From the NCBI GenBank assembly GCA_963850905.1, contig CAWKMU010000004.1:649698-713697 (forward strand): DNA of 64,000 bases, written 5' to 3'. The notes below the pieces were generated by a model, which saw only the letters and a program-made list of their open reading frames with translations, made no database searches and was not told the origin of the DNA. Source of the stretch: an uncultured Gemmatimonadales bacterium (GTDB lineage Bacteria > Gemmatimonadota > Gemmatimonadetes > Gemmatimonadales > Gemmatimonadaceae). Shown piece after piece: positions 20,396-30,623 of the stretch. Each line of letters opens with the position of its first letter. Position 1 is the stretch's first letter. A program made the position numbers and the translations under genes.

Positions 20396-21460
20396 ATGTC
20401 AAATCCACCTAGTGGCAGCGGGGGTACCGTTAAGATTCCCGTCCCATCGCCAGCGCCCTCTCCGAAGCCAGGCTCAGGTGTGCCCGTAGCACCGCCCTCA
20501 CCCTTCGAGAACATCGACATCGTGACCGCGCTCTCGTGGGTAGGAGCGGGATCAAACCCGGCAGCGTACGCGCCAAATCCCCAAATGCCAGTCGCGTATC
20601 CGGATCCCACCAAGGGCAATGTCGCGGCCGTTGCGGGTTATGTCGGTCCGGTGCTTCAGTCCCTCTTACAGACCAGTACGCCTCCCATGACATGCGCCGT
20701 TTTGGGCCAAGGCAACCTGAGCTGCCCGGGAGTTGTTGGTATAAACGGCCGGCTAGAAGATGAGAACGGCCACCCGGTGAGCGATCCAGACGCGAGTGGC
20801 GACGGGATCTTCGGGTTCGGGAGCATTAATGGTGTGCACGGAGTTGGCACCAGCGGTACGGGCGTGGGCGGAACTAGTACAAGCGGCTCCGGCGTTTTTG
20901 GCAAGACGACGACTGGCGTTGGAGTCCGTGGTCAGAGCCTCGGTTCTGGACTGGCCGGGCAATTCGACGGAAACGTGAAGATCAGTGGCGACCTCACCGC
21001 GACGGACGTCGATGCGACCGGCAACATCACCGCGAAGGACGTGATTCTCTCAGGCGCGGATTGCGCAGAGGAGTTCGACCTGCTGCACCCGAGCGTCGAG
21101 TCGGGGACAGTCGTGGTGATCGATGAGGAGGGAAAGTTGCGGGAGAGTCGGACCGCGTATGACAAGCGAGTAGCGGGTGTCGTATCCGGCGCCGGCGACT
21201 ACAGACCTGGCGTCCTGCTCGATCGTCGGGTGTCATCGGTGGGCCGCGCAGCCGTCGCGCTTGTTGGCAAGGTCTATTGCAAGGTGGACGCCGATCCTGC
21301 ACCAATCACTGTGGGCGATCTGCTGACCACCTCAGAGCGTCCGGGGTTCGGTATGAAAGCGACGGACGCTGCGCAGGCCTTCGGCGCTGTCATCGGAAAG
21401 GCGCTCAAACCGCTTCCGGCGGGTCAAGCCGTGATCCCGATCTTGGTTGGACTGCACTAA
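20396..21460 (+). CDS. Fibre-like protein with GVxG repeats and C-terminal intramolecular-chaperone (peptidase G2-like) domain
   Basis: GVHG/GVGG/GVFG/GVRG repeats, then ADCAEEFD...AYDKRVAGVVSGAG...ALVGKVYCKVDA...GDLLTTS...GAVIGKAL; AAGGAG RBS. Confidence 0.65.
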   Translation: MSNPPSGSGGTVKIPVPSPAPSPKPGSGVPVAPPSPFENIDIVTALSWVGAGSNPAAYAPNPQMPVAYPDPTKGNVAAVAGYVGPVLQSLLQTSTPPMTCAVLGQGNLSCPGVVGINGRLEDENGHPVSDPDASGDGIFGFGSINGVHGVGTSGTGVGGTSTSGSGVFGKTTTGVGVRGQSLGSGLAGQFDGNVKISGDLTATDVDATGNITAKDVILSGADCAEEFDLLHPSVESGTVVVIDEEGKLRESRTAYDKRVAGVVSGAGDYRPGVLLDRRVSSVGRAAVALVGKVYCKVDADPAPITVGDLLTTSERPGFGMKATDAAQAFGAVIGKALKPLPAGQAVIPILVGLH

Positions 21461-21552
21461 GGGTTGACCGACTCAACGGTTCCGCTAGCGATCCTGAACT
21501 CTACGTCCACCCGCGATCAGCGCCGCCAGTCTTGCGTCTGGAGGGCCGGCCC

Positions 21553-23421
21553 ATGTGGAGCTTGAAACAGGGCTTGATGTACTTAGGGCCCCATCTCCCT
21601 TCGGGGTTTGACGCCCGTCACGGCGTAAAATCCTTGTTTCCCCACGGCTACAAAGGGAGCATCTCTCCTCTGAAGGGTTACGTCTTTTCGGCTTACGCCC
21701 GCCTCGGGACCTACTTCAATTTCGGTGGAACCGACACGGGCGACGGGTCGGCTGCAAATACGTACGTTATGGCCGACGGTACAGGGCGCTGGTTCTTCTC
21801 CTGGCTCTGGTGGCCGGTGGACTTCAGCGCGGTCTACATACGGCAGAGCGGTTTCGTCTTTCACTACTCGAATGATGGGCGCGCTCATGGCTTTGTAGAC
21901 ACGAGCCAACCGTCGCAGAACGTAAAAAGCTGTATCTCGGGGACCGACGCCTGGATTGCCAACAATTGGCCACAGGTTCTTCAGGCCGGCCGGCACATCA
22001 TGTTGCAGGACGGCTCGGAACCGCCCGATGAATCTGCCGTCTGGACAGGGGCTGGTTTCGGCTCATCAGATTTCGTCCAATTGGATGGCTCGAGCACCAC
22101 TTGCGCGCCGACCGTGAGCGGATCCGTGCTCTTTCCATTTCCTACCTACCCTACCAGGCTGCTGTCGCCGGTGGGCGTGCTCCTCGGCTATTGTCTTGGA
22201 ACTGCTGCACAGTTGCTCGCCCGATGCCTCTCAACGATTCCCAAGACGTTCGTGTCCAAGAACGGTTTGACGTTCACGGCAACCATCCCACCGGGGCTGA
22301 ATCCTGGCAAATCAGGGGATGTGGCCGTCAGCTTTTCCAGCACGGACAAAAAGACGAAGGGCACGTACAACTGGAGCTTCCCGTGGGGCAAGCTCACGGC
22401 CACTGGCGAGATGGCCATCCGCCACGCCGACGGCAACTGCACGATCAGCTACACGTACTCCAGTGACATCGCGAACGCGCAATATTCGCTGGGTCAGCTC
22501 GACTACACGGTTTCCCTCAGCGGGACGGACAACAGCACGAGCACCTTCACGCAGACTGCCGTGAACGGATTGGTGACGTCTCAGACCTCGTCGATCGGTG
22601 GACCGAGCGGCACCACGACAAAACTCACGGTCAATCCCGACGGAACCATTGATGTGTCCAGCTCCAACCCAAATGCCGCCACTACCATGAGTGTTCCGGC
22701 GTCCGCGGCCCAGCGCATTTCGTTAGTGGACCAGATCCTCGCCCCAACCGGTGGCCTGGTGGCGAAGCTCCTCGATCTGACAGCTCCCACGACGGACAGG
22801 CTGGTGTTCACCGTGGATTCCCCTGTTGGTCCCATTACCTATACGATCAACGTACAGACGGCACCGGATGGAGCCGTACAATCGTATACCGCCACAGCTT
22901 CGAGTCAGGCCGGCGCTGACACCAGCGTAGTCGGCGCGATGACCCTGGACGCAACGACCGGGTTGGTTGGTTCCACGATGAGTTTCCAGGGCACCGCCGA
23001 GGGCGACACGACCTGGAGCGTGAACTATAGCGTGTCCAGCGGAGCGACTGGCCTCGAGACGCAAACCGCCACAATCGAATACGCGGACGCGGCCGGAGAT
23101 AGTCGTCTCAGCGAGACTGCTGTCAATGGCGCTGTCGCGGGCCTCACCTCCTCATCTACCGACCCCGATAACAACTCGAGCACCGCCCAGGTCACGGTCA
23201 ATGCCGACGGCACCTCTACCCTCGTGATCACTACGGTCGACAGCACCGGCAGTGGCACCGCTGAGACGATAGAGGTTGATGCTGCGGGCAACACGACGAG
23301 TGACACGACGGCATCGGTTGGCAACGGGGAGGGAGGGGGTGGGAGCGAAGGTGAAAGCGAGAGTGAGAGCGAAAGCGAGAGTGAGAGTGAGAGTGAAGGC
23401 GAAGGCGAGGGCGGGGGGTGA
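21553..23421 (+). CDS. Hypothetical Thr/Ser-rich beta protein with acidic (ES/EG)n tail
   Basis: Long ORF with coding-like composition; no family recognised; start assigned at MWSLKQ after GGAGG. Confidence 0.7.
   Translation: MWSLKQGLMYLGPHLPSGFDARHGVKSLFPHGYKGSISPLKGYVFSAYARLGTYFNFGGTDTGDGSAANTYVMADGTGRWFFSWLWWPVDFSAVYIRQSGFVFHYSNDGRAHGFVDTSQPSQNVKSCISGTDAWIANNWPQVLQAGRHIMLQDGSEPPDESAVWTGAGFGSSDFVQLDGSSTTCAPTVSGSVLFPFPTYPTRLLSPVGVLLGYCLGTAAQLLARCLSTIPKTFVSKNGLTFTATIPPGLNPGKSGDVAVSFSSTDKKTKGTYNWSFPWGKLTATGEMAIRHADGNCTISYTYSSDIANAQYSLGQLDYTVSLSGTDNSTSTFTQTAVNGLVTSQTSSIGGPSGTTTKLTVNPDGTIDVSSSNPNAATTMSVPASAAQRISLVDQILAPTGGLVAKLLDLTAPTTDRLVFTVDSPVGPITYTINVQTAPDGAVQSYTATASSQAGADTSVVGAMTLDATTGLVGSTMSFQGTAEGDTTWSVNYSVSSGATGLETQTATIEYADAAGDSRLSETAVNGAVAGLTSSSTDPDNNSSTAQVTVNADGTSTLVITTVDSTGSGTAETIEVDAAGNTTSDTTASVGNGEGGGGSEGESESESESESESESEGEGEGGG
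23344..23412 (+). repeat. In-frame hexamer repeat encoding an SE/GE tract
   Basis: agcgaaggtgaaagcgagagtgagagcgaaagcgagagtgagagtgagagtgaaggcgaaggcgag. Confidence 0.85.
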
Positions 23422-23538
23422 CAGGTCGAGTCGCTGACTGTCTAAGCAGTCGATGACGACCACGACTCGACGGCAGCCGCCAGACGTCCTGCATCCCCAA
23501 TGCGTGCAGCTCGTGCCGGCAGGTCCATTGGGTTGACC

Positions 23539-24582
23539 ATGCCATTGATAAACGTTCATGAGCATCTGCAGTCGAGGCGGGAGCTGCCGGTGTTGTTGCG
23601 CGCGATGGACGAGACCGGTATCGAGCGTGCGGTGATACTGGGCAGCTCAGCCTTCACCCTGACATCGAATCATCGTCTCGGATTCACGAGATACGACGAG
23701 AATAACCTGGCCATCATCGGTGCAGCGCTGGCACATCGCGATCGCATTGAGGCTTGGCCAACGCTCGATCCCCTCGACCCTTACAAGGTCGAGAAGCTTC
23801 GTTCGTATCACGACGTGGGCGCCAGTGGCGTGAAGCTGTATCTGGGCCACGGGTTCGTCGCGCCGGGCTCCGCCCAATATCTCTTCAGCCCAGTGGCAAT
23901 GGATCATCCGAGCATGGACGCGGTGTACGAGTACTGCGGCGCCCATCGTCTCCCGATCTGCCTCCACGTAAATCCCGGCCCCAAGACACCGGGCTTCGCC
24001 AATGAATTCGTCGCGACCCTAGAGCGGCATCCTCAGCTCCTGGTCAACGCCCCGCACTGGATTCTATCGACTGCAAGACCGTCCCGGCTCGCCGAGCTAC
24101 TCGACGTATTTCCGAATCTGGTCACCGACGTCAGCTTCGGAGTCGACGCGTTCCTCATTGCCGGGTTGCGGCGCATCTCGCAAAACCCTCTCGCCATACG
24201 GCAGGTCGTCGTCGAGCATTCTGACCGGTTCCTCTTCGGCACCGATTTGGTTGTGACCAGGACGCGGCACAAGACCGCGGAATGGATTCGCGTGCGCGTC
24301 GAAGCATATCTCTCGATGTTGTCTTCAAAACAGTACGAGACTCCTCTCCTCCCGTCTGCGGTGCTCAACGGGCTGGATTTGCCGGCCACCGTATTAGAAC
24401 AGATCGGATGCCGGAACTACGCGGAGTTGCGCGCGCCAAACCGCCGATCAATGCCCCCTGATCGCTCGGTCGACTGGACCCGAATGGGGGTGCCGCTTCT
24501 CGATCGCAGTCCGGGCGAGCGCCTGCGCGTCGGCCTCGACACCCGTTCTCGCGCCGGCCAGCAGATGATCGTTGGCGAGTGA
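23539..24582 (+). CDS. Amidohydrolase family protein
   Basis: INVHEH (HxH), GVKLY, LPICLHV, DRFLFGTD. Confidence 0.85.
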   Translation: MPLINVHEHLQSRRELPVLLRAMDETGIERAVILGSSAFTLTSNHRLGFTRYDENNLAIIGAALAHRDRIEAWPTLDPLDPYKVEKLRSYHDVGASGVKLYLGHGFVAPGSAQYLFSPVAMDHPSMDAVYEYCGAHRLPICLHVNPGPKTPGFANEFVATLERHPQLLVNAPHWILSTARPSRLAELLDVFPNLVTDVSFGVDAFLIAGLRRISQNPLAIRQVVVEHSDRFLFGTDLVVTRTRHKTAEWIRVRVEAYLSMLSSKQYETPLLPSAVLNGLDLPATVLEQIGCRNYAELRAPNRRSMPPDRSVDWTRMGVPLLDRSPGERLRVGLDTRSRAGQQMIVGE

Positions 24583-24674
24583 GGGCTCGGCGCTCGCATC
24601 CAGCGTCTCGCATCTAGCCACCCACGATCGCCCACCGTGGCGAGGTCCTCGGGCCCTTGACTGGAGGTCGCTGT

Positions 24675-24780
24675 TCGTGCGACCCGATGGCGTGAAGGTA
24701 TTGTGCCAGGTGAGATTCCACCCGCCCACCCCAACGATCTCGGCGTCGTAGACCTGAATCTCATCAGTCTGCGCGACCAC
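24675..24780 (-). pseudogene. N-terminal stub of a DEIQVY-type outer-membrane/hypothetical protein
   Basis: VVAQTDEIQVYDAEIVGVGGWNLTWHNTFTPSGR, after which similarity ends. Confidence 0.55.
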
Positions 24781-24994
24781 AGGTCGCGTCACACATGTTC
24801 CCGTAAATCCCCCGGCGGTTGCCGCCGCCGTCCCCTGTGGACTTTGTACAGACGCGTTTCACGTGCATTGCGACAGTGCGTGGCGCGCATCCTGCGCCTG
24901 GGACGAGTCTGTCAGCGCGGTTGGTAATCGCGTGCGCGCGGTGGTAGGAGAACGCGCGCGCACAATCGAGGGAGGCAAGGAAGGAGATACGCAC

Positions 24995-25771
24995 ATGCCA
25001 TCCGATGCACCACATGACTCGACTCAACGGGCCCGTTTAGCCGCGCGCGAGTTGCGCGGGAGCGACCGACGGGAGTTCCTCCGCATGGTTGGCCTCGGCG
25101 CCGCAGCGGCCTGTCTACCGGGCCTGCTCAGCGCCTGCAGCACTGAACCGGCCACGTCGCCGGTCAGTTCCACGCCGCCTGTGGACACCACGACCAAGTC
25201 CTCGGGCCCCCCGAAGATTACGCTCGATTTCAGCACCGACTACGGCGTGCTGAACCTCGCCTACCTGCTCGAGCAGGTGGCGTCTGCGTTCTACGCAGAG
25301 GTGAACACGGCGCCGCCGCCGAACATGGATAGCCACGAGCTGTATGTGCTGCAGCAGATCGCGGTTCACGAGGCCATCCACGTGAGCTTCTTCAAGACGG
25401 CCCTCGGCAGCCATGGCATCCCGCAGGCCACCCTCAACTTTGCGACCGTGAACTTCAAAGACCGGGACAGTGTGCTCATTGCCGCGAAGACTCTCGAGGA
25501 TTTGGACGTTGGAGCATACAATGGGGCGGCGCAGTTTCTGCAGAGCGCAACCAACCTCACGCTTGCGGCGAAGATCGTCTCCGTCGAGGCGCGGCACGCT
25601 GCGGCGGTGCGGGACCTCCTGGCGCCTCGGACGAGCGCCTTCGCAGGAAGTGATGTCATCAACGCCGAAGGCTTCGACCAGGCTTTGCTCCCGTCCAATG
25701 TGCTGACGTCGGTCGCACCGTACGTCAAGAATCAAATCGTGCTCACCAACGTCCCCTCGACTACGGCGTAA
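24995..25771 (+). CDS. Tat-exported ferritin-like domain lipoprotein
   Basis: DRREFL Tat motif, LSAC lipobox, VLNLAYLLEQ, HEAIH, IVSVEARHAA. Confidence 0.88.
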   Translation: MPSDAPHDSTQRARLAARELRGSDRREFLRMVGLGAAAACLPGLLSACSTEPATSPVSSTPPVDTTTKSSGPPKITLDFSTDYGVLNLAYLLEQVASAFYAEVNTAPPPNMDSHELYVLQQIAVHEAIHVSFFKTALGSHGIPQATLNFATVNFKDRDSVLIAAKTLEDLDVGAYNGAAQFLQSATNLTLAAKIVSVEARHAAAVRDLLAPRTSAFAGSDVINAEGFDQALLPSNVLTSVAPYVKNQIVLTNVPSTTA

Positions 25772-25781
25772 GGAGCGACGA

Positions 25782-26630
25782 ATGGATCCGTACACCAGTT
25801 CCTCCGAACCCGTTCTCGAGACGCTGGACCCGGAGATTCGCGCCCGTCTGGCGCAGCGGGAGGCAGAGATCGCGCACGGCGCGAGCGTTGCGCGCGTGAC
25901 GGCGGCCGGTTTGGCCATGGCATCCGTGCCCGTCGCGCTCGCGGCATTGGCGCGCGACGTGTTCGCGCAGGGAGGTCTCCCAGCCAACATCGTGTCCATT
26001 CTCAACTTTGCGCTGATGCACGAGTACATGGAGTCGACGTTGTATAACTACGGCCTCTCCGCGCACTTTCAGGTCGTTCCGGGCGAGGACATCCCGCTCT
26101 TCCAGACCATCCAGGCGCACGAGAACCTGCACAAGCAGTATCTCCTTGCCACACTGGGCTCGGAGGCCGTTCGCGAGCCGTTTTTCGATTGGTCGGGCGG
26201 AGGCGGCACGTACAACGGCCCGTACCATGCGGCGTTCTACGAGTACGAGGAGTTCAAGGCGCTATCGCAGTCCTTCGAGGACCTCGGCGTGCGGATGTAT
26301 AAGGGGCTAGCGCCGGCTCTGATGGGGGAGCAACCCCTCCTGCTCGCCGCGCTACAGATCCATTCGGTCGAGGCGCGGCACGCATGCGAGGTGCGGCGGC
26401 TCCGTGGCAACTTCCTCGACAATGTGCCCAACCGGGGGTGGATCACGGGTGACCAGACGGACATCTCCCTCACCAGCGCGTTCTACGCCGGGGAGGAAAA
26501 CACCGTCCAGGACGGCATCGACCTCGTGACGCTGCAATTCAGCGCGGCGGACGCGAGCGAGGCGTTCGACGAACCAATGACCATGCAAGAGGTGCAGGCG
26601 GCACTCGTCCCATTCATAATCCCGCCGTAA
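25782..26630 (+). CDS. Ferritin-like domain protein (desiccation-related type)
   Basis: ILNFALMHEYME, HENLH, FEDLGVRMYKG, IHSVEARHA, SEAFDEP. Confidence 0.88.
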   Translation: MDPYTSSSEPVLETLDPEIRARLAQREAEIAHGASVARVTAAGLAMASVPVALAALARDVFAQGGLPANIVSILNFALMHEYMESTLYNYGLSAHFQVVPGEDIPLFQTIQAHENLHKQYLLATLGSEAVREPFFDWSGGGGTYNGPYHAAFYEYEEFKALSQSFEDLGVRMYKGLAPALMGEQPLLLAALQIHSVEARHACEVRRLRGNFLDNVPNRGWITGDQTDISLTSAFYAGEENTVQDGIDLVTLQFSAADASEAFDEPMTMQEVQAALVPFIIPP

Positions 26631-26668
26631 TGGCCCCTTGAGCGGCGCTCAGCCAGCCGTCCTCCCTC

Positions 26669-26721
26669 TTTTCTGCTTCGCTCCTTTCTATTGTGGCCCG
26701 CACAGCGGGCCACAATAGGCC
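26669..26721 (-). repeat. Copy B of the tRNA-Ile 3'-flank hairpin element
   Basis: 14-bp stem ctattgtggcccgc-aca-gcgggccacaatag followed by gcc; the taggcc end matches the tRNA acceptor end at 63212-63217. Confidence 0.75.
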
Positions 26722-26722
26722 G

Positions 26723-28687
26723 TCACTGGCTGCGGGATTGGACGTCGGCTGGTGGCTTGGCCGTGTTGCCTTGCCACGATGCGAGGATCTCGGCCTGCAG
26801 CCGGTCGGGGTGGTCAATCGGCGTCATGTGGTAGCTCTCGTCCATGCGGTGCGCCAGCGTCACGTCGATCGTCCGGTCCTGGCCGCCCCTGGAGATCCCG
26901 ACCTTGACCACATCGCCGGGCTTTCTGGTCACGATATAGCCGCGCAGCGTCGCGCCCGGGGTCGTGGCGCCATCGATCGATTCGACTACGTCTCCCACGC
27001 GGAGGCCGGCGAGCTCCGCGGGCGACTTCTCCATGACCGCCGTGATCGCCACCTTGCCGTCCACGTCCTCGTCGATCGCGCCGAGGAAGGGATCGTTCGT
27101 CTCGACCGGCGGATCGAGTCGCAGTCCAGCGTAGGCGAGATACTTGGGATAGTCGATCTCCTTGGTCGTGTTGGCGTACTGGAACGCGTCGCCCAGCGGC
27201 GCGCCGGCCACGGCCTCGCATGCCTTCTGGAATTCCTCGTCAGTCCAGCCACGCTTCAGCTGCTTGTAGTACTTCTGGTAGAGATTGCGCATCACGTTGT
27301 CGAGCGACTTCTGGTTCTTCGTGTCGTGGCGGATTGCGAAGTCGAGGACGAGACCCAACAACGGCCCAGTGTTGTAGTAGGAGACCGTCTTGGAGACCGG
27401 GCCGGTCGGTGGGATGCCGGGTTGCGCGGGGCCACCAGGCGTCCCAGCACGGGCGCGCGCGCCAGCGGCTCCGCTGCCGCCGGCGCCTCCCTGCCCCCGT
27501 CTCGCAAAGCTGTACTGTGTCCAAGTGTTCCAACTGTCCATGGTGGGCGACTCATAGAGATGGCCGGTGCCGTCTTCCACCGTCTTCATGTCTTTCGTGA
27601 AGCTGCCCAACAGATCATCCAGCGTCATGAGCCCGGCACGCGCCACCAGCATGTACTCGTAATAGACCGTGAAGCCCTCCGAGACCCAGAGCATGTGCGT
27701 GCGGTTTTCGTGGTCGTAGTCGAAGGGCCCGAGCGCGATGGGGCGGATGCGCTTCACGTTGTACGTGTGGAAGTACTCGTGCGCCAGGAAGCCAAGCTCG
27801 CGATTCCGCACCGGTCCCGGGGTGTCGTATGCGGGGTTCGCATGGAAGGGAACGGCCGCAGAGTTCAGGTGCTCGACGCCGCCGGCGCCGGCGCCGTAGC
27901 CCAGGAATACATAGTGCGAGTATGGGATATCGCCCATCATCTGCGTGGCGACCTGCACGATGGCCTTCAGCTGGCCCATGAACTCGGCGCCGTCGAAGGC
28001 CTGTGCGTCCATGTTGTAGGCGACGAACTCGTGGCGCACACCACCTACCTCGAAGGCCGGCAGTGAATCCAGATTCCCGATGAGAATTGGGCTGTCGTAG
28101 AGCGCGTCGTAATTGGGCGCCTCGTAGACGTGGCGCGCGCCTGGCGAGGCAGGATCGAGACCGGTGGCCACGTCTCGCCACCCCGCCGGCGGCTCGATGT
28201 CCACGGTCACGCGATGATTGATGAGGCCCGCGGGATACATGAAGACGCCGGTGCCGATCAGGAAGCCGTGCGAGGCGTCGAGAAAGGGGCTGGCCACGAA
28301 CGACGTGGTGGCCAGTACGTCGTACGTCAGCGTCACCCTCGGGGCATTGGCCGTCCGCACGCGCCAGTCGTTGGGCGATACCTTGTCGTTGACCGATACG
28401 AGGTCCCACCCAAGGTCATGCCCCACGCCATCCACGGCTTTGAACTCTTTCACGTTGCGCGCGAAATCCATGATGCCGTAATAGCCCGGCGACCACACCG
28501 GTAGCTTGAAATCGATCGACGGTCCCGTCAGGCTGTCGCACTGCATGACGACGTGATAGACCTGCGAGGCCGCATCCGGCATCGTCACCGTGAAGGCGAT
28601 CGTCCCGCGCGCCTGTTGCGCCGAGGCCAGCGATGCCGACAACAGCACGCCGACGCCGAACAGCATGCTGCGACCCATGTTCTTCAT
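26723..28687 (-). CDS. M61 family metallopeptidase with PDZ domain
   Basis: Signal peptide, PVWSPGYY, GGVEHLNS, AHEYFHTYNVKRIRP, LWVSEGFTVYY, C-terminal PDZ. Confidence 0.92.
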   Translation of the reverse strand: MKNMGRSMLFGVGVLLSASLASAQQARGTIAFTVTMPDAASQVYHVVMQCDSLTGPSIDFKLPVWSPGYYGIMDFARNVKEFKAVDGVGHDLGWDLVSVNDKVSPNDWRVRTANAPRVTLTYDVLATTSFVASPFLDASHGFLIGTGVFMYPAGLINHRVTVDIEPPAGWRDVATGLDPASPGARHVYEAPNYDALYDSPILIGNLDSLPAFEVGGVRHEFVAYNMDAQAFDGAEFMGQLKAIVQVATQMMGDIPYSHYVFLGYGAGAGGVEHLNSAAVPFHANPAYDTPGPVRNRELGFLAHEYFHTYNVKRIRPIALGPFDYDHENRTHMLWVSEGFTVYYEYMLVARAGLMTLDDLLGSFTKDMKTVEDGTGHLYESPTMDSWNTWTQYSFARRGQGGAGGSGAAGARARAGTPGGPAQPGIPPTGPVSKTVSYYNTGPLLGLVLDFAIRHDTKNQKSLDNVMRNLYQKYYKQLKRGWTDEEFQKACEAVAGAPLGDAFQYANTTKEIDYPKYLAYAGLRLDPPVETNDPFLGAIDEDVDGKVAITAVMEKSPAELAGLRVGDVVESIDGATTPGATLRGYIVTRKPGDVVKVGISRGGQDRTIDVTLAHRMDESYHMTPIDHPDRLQAEILASWQGNTAKPPADVQSRSQ

Positions 28688-28762
28688 GCGACGTTTCCTC
28701 TTGAGCGTTACGGAGCGTTAGATCCTACGAAGGCACCTGGCGGCGGCGAGTGAGCCGGCGGT

Positions 28763-29200
28763 TCAACTTGAGGGCAACCGCTTATCGAACACGTGGCTCG
28801 TCTTCTTCCGCGTGTAGCCCAAATCCTCATAGAAGTGATGAGTGCGGTCCCGCACGACGTTCGAGCGGACCCGGACAACGTTGTAGCCCTGGGCCACCGC
28901 CCAGTGCTCGGCCGCGGCCACGAGCGCTCGTCCCACACCGGATCCGCGGAGCGCCTCGTCTACGACAAGGCCGGCGATGAGCGCATAGGGGTCGTCCGCG
29001 ACCGTGCGGTATCCGTGGATATGAATCCAGCCGATGAGTCGTCCGTCATCCGCCGCCGCGCCCAGCAGGCCATGGTCCGAGGAACCCACCAGCTCGCGCA
29101 CGCGCGGCTCGATCTGCCCAGCGGTGGCTGGGTGCCCGAGCTGCGTACACAACGGTGCGAGCGCCGCGGCATCCGACGGAGCGAGGGGTCGAACGTGCAT
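28763..29200 (-). CDS. GNAT family acetyltransferase
   Basis: LVVDEALRGSGVGRAL, HHFYEDLGY. Confidence 0.9.
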   Translation of the reverse strand: MHVRPLAPSDAAALAPLCTQLGHPATAGQIEPRVRELVGSSDHGLLGAAADDGRLIGWIHIHGYRTVADDPYALIAGLVVDEALRGSGVGRALVAAAEHWAVAQGYNVVRVRSNVVRDRTHHFYEDLGYTRKKTSHVFDKRLPSS

Positions 29201-29260
29201 GTTGCAGCAAATGTGGCAAGGTGGCGACCAGACTGCCAGGCGGTTGCCCACTCCGCGGGC

Positions 29261-30413
29261 TCAGTTCGTTTCTAGTGCCTCCTTCCCCGGCAATTTCGGG
29301 AACGGCGCGTGCGGCTCCTCCTGATACCAATACGCCACCGAGGCAATGTCATCCCTCAGCGGCAGATATCCCCCTGTGTCCCGCCAACCGAGTGCCTGTA
29401 TGGTGACGCGCAGATCCGAATTGAAGCGAACGGGGTCGGCAATGTGCCAACGGTACAACCCAAACCGCTGCTGCGATTGATATAAACCGTCCGGCTTGAT
29501 GACTTGCACGAGACCCGAGTACGGGCTCGTAAACTCCTCGTACTGCTTCGTCTCACTGTTCTCGAAGTCGTACGAACCGTTGAAGTAGTCCTCGGTGCCG
29601 GTCCCGTTGATCGTTGGGTAGGTCTGGTCCCCGTCAATGTAGAACTTGATCTCACCCTCGCCCCACCACCCATTGTTGTGCACGCCCCACGCCATGTAAG
29701 TGCCGACGTAGTGACCCTTGCCTTTGACTCCATCGAGGATCGTGTAGACCTGCTTGTACGGCAGCGGATTCACTCGGCGAAACTGCGCGTGGAAGTAGGC
29801 AGCGTCGGTGGGCACAGGCGCGAGTGCGTAGTCGATCTGATAGTACAGCTCCATGGGTTTACCATCGAGATTCTCGATCGTGATTCTCGCCTTACGCCTG
29901 AACGGCAGGGGCCAATACGAGTTGAACGCGCTCCCCGGATTCACACACACAGCCAGCGACGACACCCGCGCGTACTTACCCCAGCCCATCGCGAAGAAGT
30001 CACCCACCGGGACCTCCACCGAGGGCTCGCGCTCGTCGTCCCAATACATCCGCAGAATCGAGAGGCGCCAATTCCCGGTTGGAGTCATCCGAGATGTGTT
30101 GGATCGCCCCAGAGCCAGTGATCTCCGCGAGCGTGTACGTCGTGCCCGCCCCGATCTTGACGGACGGGCTGATCTTCCACCCCGGACCCAAGTCACGAGC
30201 CATGCTTGCGCCCGTCCCCTCGGTCGCCATGCCACCCTTGCCCTTCTCACCAGTCGGATTCTCCGGGCTGATGGAAAGTGTCCGCGCAGTCGATAGGCGA
30301 TACAGATTGCCAAGATGCGTATCGAGGCCGTCATACGACCCGTTCTGAGCCAAAGCGGCGCGCGGCGCGCACACCAGGAACGCGGCGGCTACAAGTCTAA
30401 TGGTTGACCGCAC
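29261..30413 (-). pseudogene. Glycoside hydrolase family 172 (DUF2961), split by a +1 frameshift at ~30091
   Basis: Signal peptide and SISPENPTGEKGKGG..GAIQHI in one frame, MTPTGNWRLSILRMYWDDE..WWGEGEIKFY..GTGTEDYF in the next; atc t(c)gg atg restores IWM. Confidence 0.85.
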
Positions 30414-30623
30414 TGCGGCTCTCTCAATGTTTGGGTGCACCGAATCGACTGAGAACCATGGCGCATCGCAAGGGCGGGTGGCGTGAATGCCGCCCGGTGC
30501 GGCGCCTGACCGTGCTCCCCGTTCTGCATCCCGGGCCGACGGGTAGGCCCGGCACATGCTCCCCGGAATGCCGCAATGATCTCAGCCTTTGCGTCCGCCC
30601 GATCGAGCGATAACGTATACGCC

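Noticed and set aside
23344..23412. Phase-variation tract
   Set aside because: The hexamer unit is in frame and at the extreme C-terminus, so slippage would not switch expression
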